DNA of 62,904 bases, the filler included, from Craspedostauros australis (Eukaryota): NCBI GenBank assembly GCA_030167865.1. It is 11 parts of 11 records of this genome, joined end to end, with 100 filler letters (N's around TTAATTAATTAA, not from the genome) between each part and the next. Parts side by side here need not be neighbours in the genome. Positions count along the whole stretch, not along the records: positions 23,583 to 37,293 come from JALAGF010004168.1; positions 37,394 to 42,768 come from JALAGF010004169.1; 9 more parts are not named here. The stretch is one strand, 5' to 3'. The notes beneath the pieces were generated by a model that was not told the origin of the DNA, did no database searches, and was given only the letters and a program-made list of their open reading frames with translations. A program made the translations under genes and the position numbers. Shown one piece after another: positions 25,816 through 38,374 of this stretch (the first letter of the stretch is position 1; each line of letters begins with the position of its first letter).

Positions 25816-26835
25816 GCCCTATCCTTGCTTTGGATTGCGTATTGGCAGAGTCTTGCGATGTTCAGCTATTCTCGTTTCAACATTATTTGTGCGACAGCAC
25901 CAAGTGGAGTAGCGCGGCATAACATAATGTGATGCTCTACCATACCCAGACACCGCCATTCAACTATCGGCATTGTTTCTTCTGTCATGCATCTTTCTCT
26001 TGTCGTTGCCGAACATGGTAGAGTGCATAATGCAATACTTGGCATCATCATCCATCTTGGCAAGAAGGTACACTCAGACACACATCATGCCTCCAAGGAT
26101 CGGCGCACCGACCATGAAGTTGATGAAAGAGTCCCTGTGTTTGTTGGAATCAAACACGAGCAGACCAACGGAATTGTCGCACAAAGGACACGCTTCGCCC
26201 TGTGCGCGAATGACAAACCAAAACTCGCCCAGCCAAGACATCGCCTGCGATGCGGTTCGTGTTGGAACGATCTTTGGGAACACTGGCGGGTGTCACATCG
26301 GAGAAGGAAAAACCGCAAAATCTGGTGTGTCCCCCACAGAACACTTTCGCACCATTCGTTTTGGTGCTTGCGACACCACGTCTGTTGTCACATTGATGCA
26401 GATGAAACCGGCGCCCTCACCCCATCGCGAAGGCCAGTGCCTTCGTTGTTGACATGTCACCCAGTCAACGTCTCTGCCTCCGCAAGATCCGTTGTGTTCA
26501 TTGTCGTTCTCAGTGTTCTTTGTTCTCTGCGATGGTGACGGTTTCAGACAGAGGAAGGGTGCGAGGCAGTATCCAGAGCAACGAGAACAATGGATCGGTG
26601 TCGGAGCATGAGATCGACACTAAATTGCTGGCCTTGGCATGAATCATTGCCATGATGCGATTCTACGATGCAGTGCGTCCCACCACTCAAGCAAAGGGAA
26701 CCATGGCAATGAACAAAGAATGCTCACAAAATTGCCATCCATCCAGCTCCATCATCCACAGCCGACCAACGAACTCCCTCCTCCCAATCACTTCCCTTTG
26801 CCAACACCAAACACCATCACCAGACACCAACGATC

Positions 26836-29231
26836 ATGACGGATGCCGAGAACCCAACCAACGATGCCGACGCTGTGATCTCTCCAGCTGTCGAGAAGAC
26901 TAAAAGCTCTCACGATAACTTGGCCGATCCATTCCAGCCACGCGAGGGCCGTGATCTCGTCTGGAAGGACGTCAACATGACATTGACGGCGGAAAAGAAG
27001 AGCGAAGGCACGGACAAGAAGATCCTCGACGATGTGTGGGGCGAAGTGCCACAGCGTCAGGTGACTGCCATCATGGGACCCAGTGGATCTGGCAGTGAGT
27101 ACTGTGTTGTGCTTTGTTCAGTCATGTCATGTTGCATCAGCTGTGCTGTTCGGTTCATCGTCTGTTGTGTCGTCGTCCGCTTCTGATGATCCTCCTGGAT
27201 AGGTTTGTGAACACCACCTGCCATGAATATCTCGTTGCTCAACGATCCATCACATCACGCCCATTCATCCAACTCAACTGGTTTCGACTCTCCTCCCGAT
27301 ACTCCCCACAGAATCGTCATTGCTCAACGTCCTCGCGGGCCGCGCCAGCACCGGCGGACGCATCGTCGTGGATGCCGATGTTCGTCTCAACAACTACACC
27401 GTCGATCCCACCAACATCGAAATCCGGCAGAAGATCGCCTTCGTCGCGCAGGACGATTCGCTGCAGGTGACGTCCACACCGCGCGAGGCCATTCGATTCT
27501 CCGCCAAGCTCCGGTTGAGCCGGGATCTCACCGATGCGCAGCTGGACCGCTTGACGGCAACCATGCTGCGAGAGCTGGGTTTGGTGGATTGCGCCGATAC
27601 TCTTGTGGGAGGCGATCTGCTCAAGGGGATTTCCGGCGGAGAGCGCAAGCGCACGGCCGTTGGCGTCGAGTTGGTCACTCGGCCTGCTCTCGTCTTCTTG
27701 GACGAACCGACGAGGTAAGATATGTTGGGCCTTCATGTTGTTGAGTGGATTTGACGAATGGATGCGATGTCATGTCATGCTTCAATGAATGAGCACGAGA
27801 CAGACAGATTGATCGGAAGCATCAAATAAATGACAACTGCACGAGTTCGTATGGTAACTTGGCAATCACTCACCGACCATAATCCGCCGCCTTCATTTCT
27901 TATTTTCCATCACCAACGACCAATCACCATGTCATATCGACAACGCGAAAACGCCATAACGCAACAACTCATGACAACGCAGTGGATTGGACAGCTTCAA
28001 CGCTGTCAAGCTGTGCGAGGTCCTCTCCAAGGTCGCCAATGCCGGAAGCAGCGTCTTGTTTACCATCCATCAACCATCGTCGGAGATCTTCCAGGCCTTC
28101 GACCGCCTCATCCTCCTGAACAAGGGCAAGGTGATGTACCAAGGACCAAGCACTGAGGCATCAGCATACTTCGAAGGACGCGGTCATCCCTGCCCGCCCG
28201 CATACAACCCCGCTGACCACATCATGAATGTGGCGCTCGCCGTTCCCTTCGATCAGCTGGTGAAAGACTCTTTCTTCCCTCGAGACGAGCGCGCCATCGG
28301 CGATGCATTCGTTGCAGACGAAAACTCGGGACGAGACGTGCTGGGTGTCACCAACCAAAGCGGTGATGGAAACACCATGTCGCTGCCGCCAGGATTCGCT
28401 GTGCAGACGAAGCTGCTGCTCGAACGCGAATTCACCAACCTGGCTCGATCCCCGACCGCCATCAAGTCCCGCACCATCATGTCCCTCGCGATCTCGCTCT
28501 TCATCGGGTGCCTGTTTTACGACATCGGCAACTCGGACTTCTCCGAATTCATCAACGTCCAGAGCGCGTTCGGTGGTTTGCTGATGGCCCTGATGGCGAA
28601 CATCTTCGCGACCGCCATCCCGAGTCTGGTGGCCTTCCCCGAGGAGCGCCCCGTATTCCTGCGAGAGTACTCCACGAACCACTACAGCGTCGCCAGCTAC
28701 TTCATGTCGCGACTGTTCATCGAGCTGCTGATCACCGCATCGCAGGTCACGCTCAGCAGCCTCATCACGTACTTCATGTGCGGATTCCATGCCAACTTCG
28801 GCATCTACTGGTCGGCCTTGTACATCATGGCATGCGCTTCCACCGCGCTGGGTGTCATGGTGGGCAGCGCCGTGGAGAATCCCAACGTGGCCATCGAATT
28901 CCTCCCGGCCTTGTTCATGCCGCAGATCCTGTTCTCCGGTTTCTTCGTTGCGCCAGACCAGATTCCCGACTTTTTGGAGTGGATCCGGTACATCTGCCCC
29001 CTGACCTACGGAGTGTGGATCGTCGTGGCCGACGAATTCGAGGGTGGACGATGCGACGACGTCGTGGAGAAGGATCCAACCATCAAGAACCACTGTGTGC
29101 AAGTGATGGACAACATCGATGCGGAACAAGACGACGCGTGGTGGAACTACCTGGTGCTGCTGTCGTTGTTCGCCTTCGTGCGGCTCGTGGCCTTGAGGAT
29201 TCTCACAAAGAAGGCCTCCAAGTTCTACTAA
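26836..29231 (+). CDS. ABC transporter G family half-transporter (NBD-TMD); 3 exons (26836-27094, 27312-27714, 27983-29231)
   Basis: Splicing GT-AG introns 27095-27311 and 27715-27982 restores Walker A GPSGSGKSSLLNVLAGR and LDEPTSGLDS. Also ISGGERKR signature, TIHQPS, and an ABC2 membrane domain with ERPVFLREY. Confidence 0.93.
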
Positions 29232-29240
29232 AGCAAGAGT

Positions 29241-29243
<3 letters not shown>

Positions 29244-29323
<80 letters not shown>
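29244..29323. repeat. (AG)~40 microsatellite just after the ABCG stop codon
   Basis: Direct sequence. Confidence 0.97.
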
Positions 29324-29324
<1 letters not shown>

Positions 29325-29773
29325 ACGCGACAAGGACAACGTAGATGTTGCTCCTCAGGATAATAGCAAAGAAGATCATGATGACGATGACTTGCAACTT
29401 GCGTACGACATTGTGTACATGCATGATTGCATACAGCATTGAAATATAAGGAGAGGCGATTGCACGTGAAACACAGCGCTGGCGTCATACTTGCATGATG
29501 GGCACAAGAGCTTGCACTTCCAGACCAAGTGTGTGAAGGTGTAGCTGTGCCCAGAGTAGTGTCGCATGATTGTGGAGTATTGCAGAGCATGCGCTATGGC
29601 ACAAGTGCTCAACACGACATGCGGACATTGATGCAGCCCAGGTGCAGAGTGGAATCGTATGCGCATAGCAGTTTGAGACTCTGCTCTGCAAACTATAATA
29701 CTAATTCCACGCATACTCGCATGGATGGGACAAATAATATTATACCACATATTCTACAAAACATATGCTGGTA

Positions 29774-31414
29774 CTAGTCTACTTGATCGTAGAGCTCCGA
29801 CGCATGCTGCTTCTTCGTCCGCTTGCCCACCGCGCTTCTCCCCTTCTTGCGCCCGGTCGGCGTCTCCATAGCCTCGTCATTGTCTTCGCCGTCGTCGTCC
29901 ATCGCGCCGTCTTCCTTCTCGATGCGCTGGAAGCTGGGTGGCACCTCCTGCATCTGCACGCTGGGCGCACCCTGCAGCTGCGACAGCTGCTTCAACAGCT
30001 CGATGCGCACGTGCTCTAGCGTATCCTTCGAATTGGCATTGTCCATCGTTTCTGGCGTGAGGTGCAGCTGAAAATCGGGCGCGTAGTATTCGTAATAGTC
30101 GTTGAACGGAATCTCGTTGGATATCGTGGGGCCCTTCCCCAGCACCGTCGCCGTCTCGAAGGCCCAGCACCTGGCGACGTTGCGAATCGTGTACCCGCCG
30201 CCGCCGAGTATCAGCGTGGGGATGTTGAAGGACTGCACGTACTTGACGCAGGCGGCGTGTCCTTTCGTGGTGAGGTTGAAGCATCCCAGCCGATCTCCCG
30301 TGAGGCTGTCCGCCCCGCACTGCAGCACGATGGCTCCCGGCTGGAAGACCTGCATGATCTTGTCCATGACGGGCTTGAAGAGGGCGTGGTAGGTCGAGTC
30401 GGTGATGCCGGCCTGCAGCGGTGCGTTGACGGAGAATCCCACTCCATCGCGCGCGCCCGTGTCCTCGAGGTGTCCCGTGCCGGGGAAGAAGTCGCCGTAC
30501 TTGTGCAGGCTGAATGTCATGACGCGGTCCGTCGTGTAGAAGGCCTCCTCGACGCCGTCGCCGTGGTGCACGTCGATGTCGATGTAGAGAACGCGCGCGT
30601 GCTTCTTGAGAAGCTCGAGGATGGCGAGGACGATGTCGTTGATGTAGCAGAATCCGCTGGCCTCCGACTTTTTGGCGTGATGCAATCCCCCGCTCCAGTT
30701 GATGGCGATGTCCGTCGTGCCCTGGTTGAGCTGCACGGCACCGTCGAGGGAGGCGCCGGTGTAGAACTGCGTGAATTCGTAGAGACCATCAAAGACGGGG
30801 CAATCCGTGGTGTCGCCGGCGTTGAACTTCTGCAGGACGCTGTGGTACTGCCGCAGATTGTCGGGCGTGATCTTGCTGAGGAAGTTGACGTACTCCTCGC
30901 TGTGGAAGTGCGCCATCTCGCCGGCTGTGGCTGGATGTGGACGGTAGCAATCCATCTCCTTGTACAATCCGTAGCTCAGGATGAGATGGTGCGCCATCTT
31001 GATGCGATGCGGCTTCATGGGATGTGACGGTCCATAGTAGAACAGTGGCTGTACTCATGCATGCATGCACGCATTCGTTCGTTCATGCGTTCATTTGGAA
31101 AAGATGCGGACGACATTAGGCATGAATAGTATTTGTATTTGAATTGGTGGTGAACGTGAAAACAAAAACAGGAAGTTACAGCAGGTGAGTGGAGTAGAAC
31201 TGAGCCTGTATGGCGATGGGATAGAGTAGATAGAGTTGAGTGCATACGACTACTTTACTCGTACTTTGGCTGAATAATCAAACACTCTCCATCGCACAAT
31301 ATTCGTCGCACGATCACGATGATCATGAAGCCGCCCACTCATCTGACACATCTCTGCTCGATCGACACTCACACACGTTGGATGGTAGAAGTAGGAGACC
31401 CTGGACTTGCCCAT
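29774..31414 (-). CDS. Class I (RPD3-type) histone deacetylase; 2 exons (31414-31373, 31048-29774)
   Basis: Spliced N-terminus [29 protein letters not shown] (intron GTGAGT...TACAG). Also [30 protein letters not shown] and [14 protein letters not shown]. Confidence 0.95.
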
Positions 31415-31984
31415 CTTGAGGCTACTTCTGTTGTGAGTGGTGGACTTGTCGCTGCGTTGCGAGATGATCCCTTCGTTTTTGTGGGAAACGACGAGAGTGC
31501 GTAGGTTTGCGTTGATTTGACGGCGACAAGATCGATGCGCGCCATTGTCGATGTTATCAGATTGTCCATGAGTGGCGTTTGATCGGGTTACTCAATCAGG
31601 AATGGAAATAAGAGGATCAAGCAATGCGACCGTCCCCCCTCCGTCAGACAAAAGGCTTGTGTTGATATGAGATAATACTGAAACGTCATAATTACCGCAC
31701 CTCCAATGATTGCCATTTTCGAAAATTCAGAGCTGTTGTGGGCGTCTGCGTTTTGCGATGCGCACATGGCGTCCATTCGATGTTCTGCCGCTCAACTGCT
31801 CCAACCACTCAATGAAGTACGAGGAGAGACAACTGGAGAGAGTAGAATGGTGGAGTACTACGAGTATTCATTATACAATATGAAACGTTTCCTAGATGAT
31901 TGATGCAATGAAGCTCTTCGTGACCACACGAGTATGCAATCCACAGTCCTGTCGGATTCACGCCGTTCCCCTCAGTGCCTGCGT

Positions 31985-33226
31985 CTACTTGGATTGTTCC
32001 TTGACCCAGTTGCCGACCATGTCAAAGACCTCTTGACGTCCCACGTCGTTCCAAATCTCGTGCTCCTCATTCGGTCGGACGACGACGGTGACAAGGGAAT
32101 CGTCCTTGGCCGACTTCTTGAGGGCCGCGGCGATATCCTGATTCGTGGTGGGGCACGCGATCTTGTCGATGGAACTGTAGGCAAACCACAGCTTGGTGTC
32201 ATGCTGGTCGCCTTTCATGAGGATATCCAGGACCTTCTTCTGCACGTTCTGCACGTGGTAGGCCCAAGCGAAGGAGGCGTCGCCGAAGAGGAGTTCGTCC
32301 TCCCTGTGCTCCTTCTGCTTGACGGGACAGCCCGTGACGTGTTCCGTTTTGAGGTTGGCCGGCACGGTGAGGACGGACGTGAGGTAGGACGAGCTGGCCC
32401 CGATGAAGTTGGCCAGCATCTTCTTGTAGGCCGGGATGCTCTCGGCCGGCTGCACGAAGGCGCTCGTGAGGAGGATGCCGTCGAATGGGAGCTTGGTCGA
32501 TTGCAGCGCAGCCTTGCTGTCGATGACGCCCTTGCCCGTGACCTGGATCCAGTACGCCAGGACGATGAGACCGCCGTTGGAATGGCCGAAGAGGTAGTGC
32601 GGGATGTCGGGCGTGAGGGTGGCCGCGACGGTCTCAATGTCCTCGAAGTAGTCGCCCCAGCTGGCGACGTAGCCACGCGGGTATTCCTTCTCCTTCTTCT
32701 TCTTGCTGGTCTTGTCATCAGCGGAGATGGAGGAGACGAGGCGGTTGCGGTAGGTCTTGGACTTGCCGTGGCCACGCACGTCGAAGGCGGTGACCTGAAC
32801 GCCGTGCTCCTTGCAGAGGCGGACGGCCATGTCGTGGTATCGCTTGGCGTGCTCCAGGTAGCCGTGGACGATGAGGATCTCCGCAGTTGGCTGTTTGCTG
32901 TCCTTGCTGTCCGTGCCGCCCTTGCTCGTCCACTTGTAGACATGCAGCAGCGTGGTGTCATCCTTGCTGGGGATCCATTGTTCGTTGCAGATGACGCTGC
33001 CGTCTGCTGTTTCTGTCGACGTTGCTTCTGTGGACGTCATGCTGAGGAACGGCGGAAGGGAGGAAGACCGAGGTTGGATGTGTTCGAATGAGGATTTGAA
33101 TGCGGATGCGGATGGAGCGACTTTTGCGAATAGCAGCAAGAGAGGCAGAAGTAGCAGAGGCAGGCGGAAGACGAGAGCTGATGAAAGAAGCGATGCGGAT
33201 GTCCGGAGGCGTGAGGATTGAATCAT
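31985..33226 (-). CDS. Alpha/beta hydrolase (monoacylglycerol lipase/lysophospholipase, Hydrolase_4) with a predicted bipartite plastid presequence
   Basis: VHGYLEH, DVRGHGKS, nucleophile GHSNGG, HEIWND. Hydrophobic signal ends in PSASAF, followed by a Ser-rich transit-like stretch. Confidence 0.85.
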   Translation of the reverse strand: MIQSSRLRTSASLLSSALVFRLPLLLLPLLLLFAKVAPSASAFKSSFEHIQPRSSSLPPFLSMTSTEATSTETADGSVICNEQWIPSKDDTTLLHVYKWTSKGGTDSKDSKQPTAEILIVHGYLEHAKRYHDMAVRLCKEHGVQVTAFDVRGHGKSKTYRNRLVSSISADDKTSKKKKEKEYPRGYVASWGDYFEDIETVAATLTPDIPHYLFGHSNGGLIVLAYWIQVTGKGVIDSKAALQSTKLPFDGILLTSAFVQPAESIPAYKKMLANFIGASSSYLTSVLTVPANLKTEHVTGCPVKQKEHREDELLFGDASFAWAYHVQNVQKKVLDILMKGDQHDTKLWFAYSSIDKIACPTTNQDIAAALKKSAKDDSLVTVVVRPNEEHEIWNDVGRQEVFDMVGNWVKEQSK

Positions 33227-33842
33227 GTGCTGATGTTATGGTTTTATGATGTTCGTGTTTGCGATTGTGTGTTCTTGTGTGTTTGGGCGAATGATCCAAG
33301 AGACGGAAGCGGTGCCAGGAACGCTGATGCGAGGGGCGGTTCGCCTTGTTCTTCGTACACAGACCAGCCGCCAAGATACCTCCGCATGCGTTGGGTTTGC
33401 GTGCGAAGCATTTGGATTTCGCGCTGTCACCAGTTGTCGTGACGACGCCTTTTGGCAACATGTGTGATTCGGACGACCACACACAGATCCAGAATGAGAA
33501 CACCAAGGCCAACAACGCACCAAGTCCCACCAAGATGGAAGCCAAGCGACAGAAGAGTGGAAGAGACCAAAGGGAAAAGCGCAGATCCGTCGCACGATGG
33601 CGTCTGTGACAAGCGTCCGCACGATGAAGATCTGAAATCACATTGCTATGCATCGTTCCTTGCAGAACATTTCACATTGTCGTACTGCACACGAACGAAT
33701 TGCTGCGAATGTGTACTATTATGATTATTGCGAGCTATTCTATAATATCGTAGAATATGATAGAATAGAATACAATATAGTGGCATGTATCAGGTCAACG
33801 TACTCCGAGTACTCTGCTCTCTGAACCATTGCACATGATTAT

Positions 33843-34823
33843 CTAGTTGAGCTTCATTTGCGTCAGGATCCATTGATGGACCATGTCGTAGGCCTCCACG
33901 CGGAATGTCTCGTTGAGGATCTCATGCTGGCCCGTTGCGTATTCCTTGATGGTGACCTTGCCCTTCAGGCTCTCCTGCAGCGTCAGGGAGAACGATTCGT
34001 TCAGCTTGGGATGCGACACGCGATCTTGCGCGGCGTACGCAAACAGGACGGGCGGGAAGGCATCATCCTTCACGACCTCCACCTCGTTCAGCAATTGCTC
34101 CTGACGGATCATGGCCTGGCTGGCCCAACCCAGCGTGAATTTCTGCAGCAGCATGCCGTCTGCGTCGTGCTCCTCCTGCTTCTCGACGTCGTCCGTCAGC
34201 ATCTGCGTCGTCACGTCGTCGGCCGACATGGCCAGGGTGGGAAAGCACGAGCCCAGCGTCTTGGAGATCCAGATCTTGATGGGCGGTAGCTCGTTGGCCG
34301 GACCCAAGAAGGGACACGTCACGATGAATCCGGCCACCGGCACGCGCGGCGTCGACAGGAAGGACGACGACATGTTGCCGTCCTCAAACGACCCGTAGTT
34401 ATCGAACGCGTATCCCAACGTCACGGTGCCGCCGTTGGAATGGCCCAGCATGTAGATGGGCGCATCCGTCGTGCTGAAGGACTGACAATGCTCCAGCGCG
34501 GCGTCGACATCCTCGCTGTATTCGATCCACTTGCGAATCAGGGCGCGATCGCCCGTGGATTTGCCATGTCCGCGCAGATCGACGCACGAGACGGCGATGC
34601 CGCGCGATGCCAAATACTGCGCCAATTCGTAGTACCGTCCTCCGTGCTCCATGTAACCGTGCACGACGAGGACGTGCGCCTTTGCGGGCGTCGTCGCCGC
34701 GACAGGCGACCATGTTTGGATGAAGAGCTTGATGCCGTCGCCGCTGTGCGATGCGATCGTCGTGGACGAGTGCGCGAACGTTTTGTCGGCGGCATCCGCT
34801 GGGGTCGTTGCTGTGGATGTCAT
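33843..34823 (-). CDS. Alpha/beta hydrolase (monoacylglycerol lipase/lysophospholipase, Hydrolase_4), no presequence
   Basis: VHGYMEHGGRY, DLRGHGKS, GHSNGG, HEILNE. Confidence 0.88.
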   Translation of the reverse strand: MTSTATTPADAADKTFAHSSTTIASHSGDGIKLFIQTWSPVAATTPAKAHVLVVHGYMEHGGRYYELAQYLASRGIAVSCVDLRGHGKSTGDRALIRKWIEYSEDVDAALEHCQSFSTTDAPIYMLGHSNGGTVTLGYAFDNYGSFEDGNMSSSFLSTPRVPVAGFIVTCPFLGPANELPPIKIWISKTLGSCFPTLAMSADDVTTQMLTDDVEKQEEHDADGMLLQKFTLGWASQAMIRQEQLLNEVEVVKDDAFPPVLFAYAAQDRVSHPKLNESFSLTLQESLKGKVTIKEYATGQHEILNETFRVEAYDMVHQWILTQMKLN

Positions 34824-35457
34824 GGTGCTGTTTGCTGGGCTATCTATATCTGCGATGTATTATACGTGCAAGCTATGCTCTGTGTGGTTTCGGAGTTGTT
34901 GAATTCTGGAAAGATGTGGTCTGTTCTTGTGGGGATGAGACGCGCAATTGCGCGCGCCACAGCGACGCGGCACGACGAAATACGTCACGATCTTGTCGGA
35001 GCCAATTCAGTCCGGTTCGTCGCTTGGACGCGTTTCTGTATGAGTCACGAGAAGAGATTCAACGAAATTCGGGGCCAACACGAGTTCTTCCATTCTCCAA
35101 TCCTATTTCAATGACTAGTACGACTAATAGTACGACTACGACGATAGAGGAGCTGGAAAAGCTTTTCCAACATCGATCGTGTTCGGGTCCATCTTGTCAC
35201 AGTCATTTGTGAAAAGCTCCAGTCCGCAATAGGGACTGGTCTGGGCGCGATGGAGAAAGTCACTTTGCGGTCCTTCCCTCCATGTCGGCGGGTTCTGGAG
35301 GAGGTCACAGGGATCATCTCGCATCCAAACCAGTTCATTTCATTTCATTTTCTTCTTCATTCCATGGGAAATGCAAAGGGAAGCACAACAGGATAGGCAT
35401 CACAGTGGGCAATAGGAACATCGTAATAGCAACAGCAACAGCAATAACAATAGCAAG

Positions 35458-37149
35458 ATGAGGAAAGGAGACCTCCGCAGCACGCACTCTGTGGCATCGC
35501 TGCGCAGCGTTAGCAACAGCAATGGCATGGACGACTTCACGAACCACACCAGCATGAGCATCAACACCCAGAGCAGCACGAACAATGGAATGAACAATGG
35601 AATGAACAAAAGCAGGCACTTGAAGAGCAGTACGCACAATGCCACTTCCAGAGTCGGCCGAACTATCACAGCCGGGAGGCATGACGGTGCCAGAAATGAT
35701 GGAATGGAAAAGCTGACGGCCAAGGCGATCCTCACCTACGTCTTCATCATCGTTTGCTTCGTCGCCAATCTCAAGGTGCTCAGCCTCAGCGATTCGCCGG
35801 TCTATGTCATTGAACAGCAGGGACATGATGGCTATGATGCTCAAAGTCCCGCTGAACTTCACAGCGATATGGCGTCCGATCCCTCACATGCCAGTAGCAG
35901 CAAAGAAAGGCCCAGGATAGCCCTCCTGGCGTCATTCGTGCCGCAACTTCAACCAAACGGCAAACTCAGCACGCTCAAGGAATTCGACAACGTCGTCAAC
36001 AAGGCCTGCTACGCCAACATCTGGGGATACGACTTCGTCTTCAACATGACGGCCGACTACACGCAGCAGCAGAAGAAGAAGGCACCGTGGCTCAACTTTG
36101 GAGCGTGGAATCGCGTCCCGCAATCGCAAGCCCTGCTGCACAACTACGACTGGATCCTGTACGGCGATCTGGATCACGTCTTTCGCGATATGTCACGGCC
36201 CTTGGAATCCTTCCTGCGTGAATTCGAGCTCTACAACCAAACGCCCAGCGTCTTCCTGCCCACCGACAACAAGCCGCGGCACTTCACCTTCTCCACCTAC
36301 GCGTACTTGATCAAGAACTCGCCGTTTGGTCACAGCCTGCTGGAGAATTGGCATAAATTCGCTCTTGGTCTATGTCCCAAAGGCAATTTCCCAGCGACAC
36401 ACAGAAACGGAGTGCTCAAATACGGTTGGGAACACAGTGGTACGTGTCTGCGTGCATGACACTCTGTTAATTTCTTGCGGAAGCCCTTCGTCAGTGTTTG
36501 TTGGCTTCCTTGTTTGTTACTTGAAGACCATCTCATGAATGGAGCATGTAATCATTGCATCAAATATGCGAGTGTTACAGCGTTGCTCTGTCCAACCTCT
36601 CACAACTCAATTGCTCCAACCATTGGCTTCTCCGACCGTTTCTGAATCTGAAATTCGCCGACATGCAATCAAACCATATGCATGGCAGATCAACCTGGGC
36701 TGTGGTACGCCCTGGTGCAAACATACGAGGACTACTATCACACCGGCATCATGGAGAAAGTTTGCAACAGCACCACTGGCTACATCGACACGGACAGAGC
36801 GTACGGACCCGAAACCAACCAATACTTCCGCAAGAATAACATCATCCAAGGTCATGCTCGCAGGCACCTTATGGTAATGAAGGACCAGCCCATCATCTGG
36901 TCCACGACGAGACTAGAAAGGTCATCGCACGATTACGGCGGCCTCGGTTTGCAACTGAATTTCAACACGGAACGCAACGACACGCGTGTCGAATATGCCT
37001 TCGCCATGCATAAAAACAGCGACATGGGCACAGATTTCAAAATTGAAGTCGAGTACTGCAAGAAGGTGCACGGCTGCTATGCGCGGTACGACAGGGACAA
37101 CAAGCTGGAAATTGGCTGCAAAGGTAGAAAATTCACGGTCGTGCAATGA
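35458..37149 (+). CDS. GT34-like glycosyltransferase, type II membrane; 2 exons (35458-36439, 36689-37149)
   Basis: TM helix (ILTYVFIIVCFVANL), NKACYANIWGYDF, YDWILYGDLD (DxD). GT-AG intron 36440-36688 gives WEHSDQPGLW. Start codon uncertain. Confidence 0.72.
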
Positions 37150-37293
37150 TCGGCATGGAGTTTCCATTCGAGCGGCGTTGCGGATGAAGGCACCGGTGCA
37201 GACGCAATGCTGTGGATGGCTCGAGGTACTGCTCGTGATGCATCCCGAAGCGCATATGGTGCTCGAGGAGAGCAGTCGCCACAGAAATCAGAG

Positions 37294-37393
37294 NNNNNNN
37301 NNNNNNNNNNNNNNNNNNNNNNNNNNNNNNNNNNNNNTTAATTAATTAANNNNNNNNNNNNNNNNNNNNNNNNNNNNNNNNNNNNNNNNNNNN
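37294..37393. other. Artificial contig linker
   Basis: N44-TTAATTAATTAA-N44. Confidence 0.98.
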
Positions 37394-37402
37394 GGATAGG
37401 GC

Positions 37403-38374
37403 TTAGTAGTCACCGCCGCCTTCGTCTCCTCCGAACATGTCCATGCCACCTCCGAGGTCCATCTCTTCCTCCTCTTCTTCTTCCTTCTCCTCCTCGGCTG
37501 CGGCCTCACCACCGGCGCCGCCGTCACCTCCGCCACCGGATCCGGCGAACTTGGATGGGTCCTTGAGGTAGTCCTCGTACTGGTCGGCCTTGTCGAAAGA
37601 GTATCCCTCGAGCTGGATGGTGACAGCGAGCACGGCCTTGAAGGCGTTGGCGATGGAGTGCGGCACGGAGGCCTGGGTCGGGATGCCGATGGCCAGGGAC
37701 AGCGACGCCAGCATCTTGAGGGCGTCGGAGAACTTGGCGGCCAGGACGTCATCCGTGATGTCGAGGACCTTGGCGTCGAAGAGGCTGCCGTTGTCGTAGA
37801 CGGACTTGAGGACGAGACCGTAGGTGAAGGGCTCGATGGAGAGCTTCTGCAGGAGGGCGGCCTGCGAGGCGGTGACCTTCTCCCCGGCCTGGATGAGCGG
37901 CGTGTCGTTGACCATCTCAATCTGTCCGCGGGTGATCTTGGTGGCGATCTGCAGGGTCTGGAAGAAGGCGGTCTGGCCTGGATCGCAGCCGGTTGGTCCC
38001 TTGGGGACGATGACGTTGATGGGGGCCAGGGATCCCACGCGCGCTGGGGCTGGACGCGTGTTGCTCTCGAGGACCTCGCGCACCTCTCCGAGGTCTCCGT
38101 TGGTGAAGACGAAGCCCACGTTGCCGCGGCAGGTGGAGATGAGCTGCTCGGCCGGGTGGCCTGGGTTTTCCTCCATGAACTCGCGGATGCACTTGCGCAT
38201 CATGGTGTTCTTTCCCATCAGCACCTCGCCCTTGCCGCGGAGGCCCTTGCGGGTCATCTGCAGCTGCATGGATCCGACATTGTCGATCTCCACGATGAAG
38301 CACTTGGAGTAGGTGGACAGGAGGGCCTTGAACTTCTCGAAGTACTCGGCCTTGCGTTCTGGAGAGAGAGGCAT
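37403..38374 (-). CDS. RPLP0: 60S acidic ribosomal protein P0, redundant copy from contig overlap
   Basis: 37394-39635 is the reverse complement of 23583-25824; identical protein. Confidence 0.95.
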   Translation of the reverse strand: MPLSPERKAEYFEKFKALLSTYSKCFIVEIDNVGSMQLQMTRKGLRGKGEVLMGKNTMMRKCIREFMEENPGHPAEQLISTCRGNVGFVFTNGDLGEVREVLESNTRPAPARVGSLAPINVIVPKGPTGCDPGQTAFFQTLQIATKITRGQIEMVNDTPLIQAGEKVTASQAALLQKLSIEPFTYGLVLKSVYDNGSLFDAKVLDITDDVLAAKFSDALKMLASLSLAIGIPTQASVPHSIANAFKAVLAVTIQLEGYSFDKADQYEDYLKDPSKFAGSGGGGDGGAGGEAAAEEEKEEEEEEEMDLGGGMDMFGGDEGGGDY

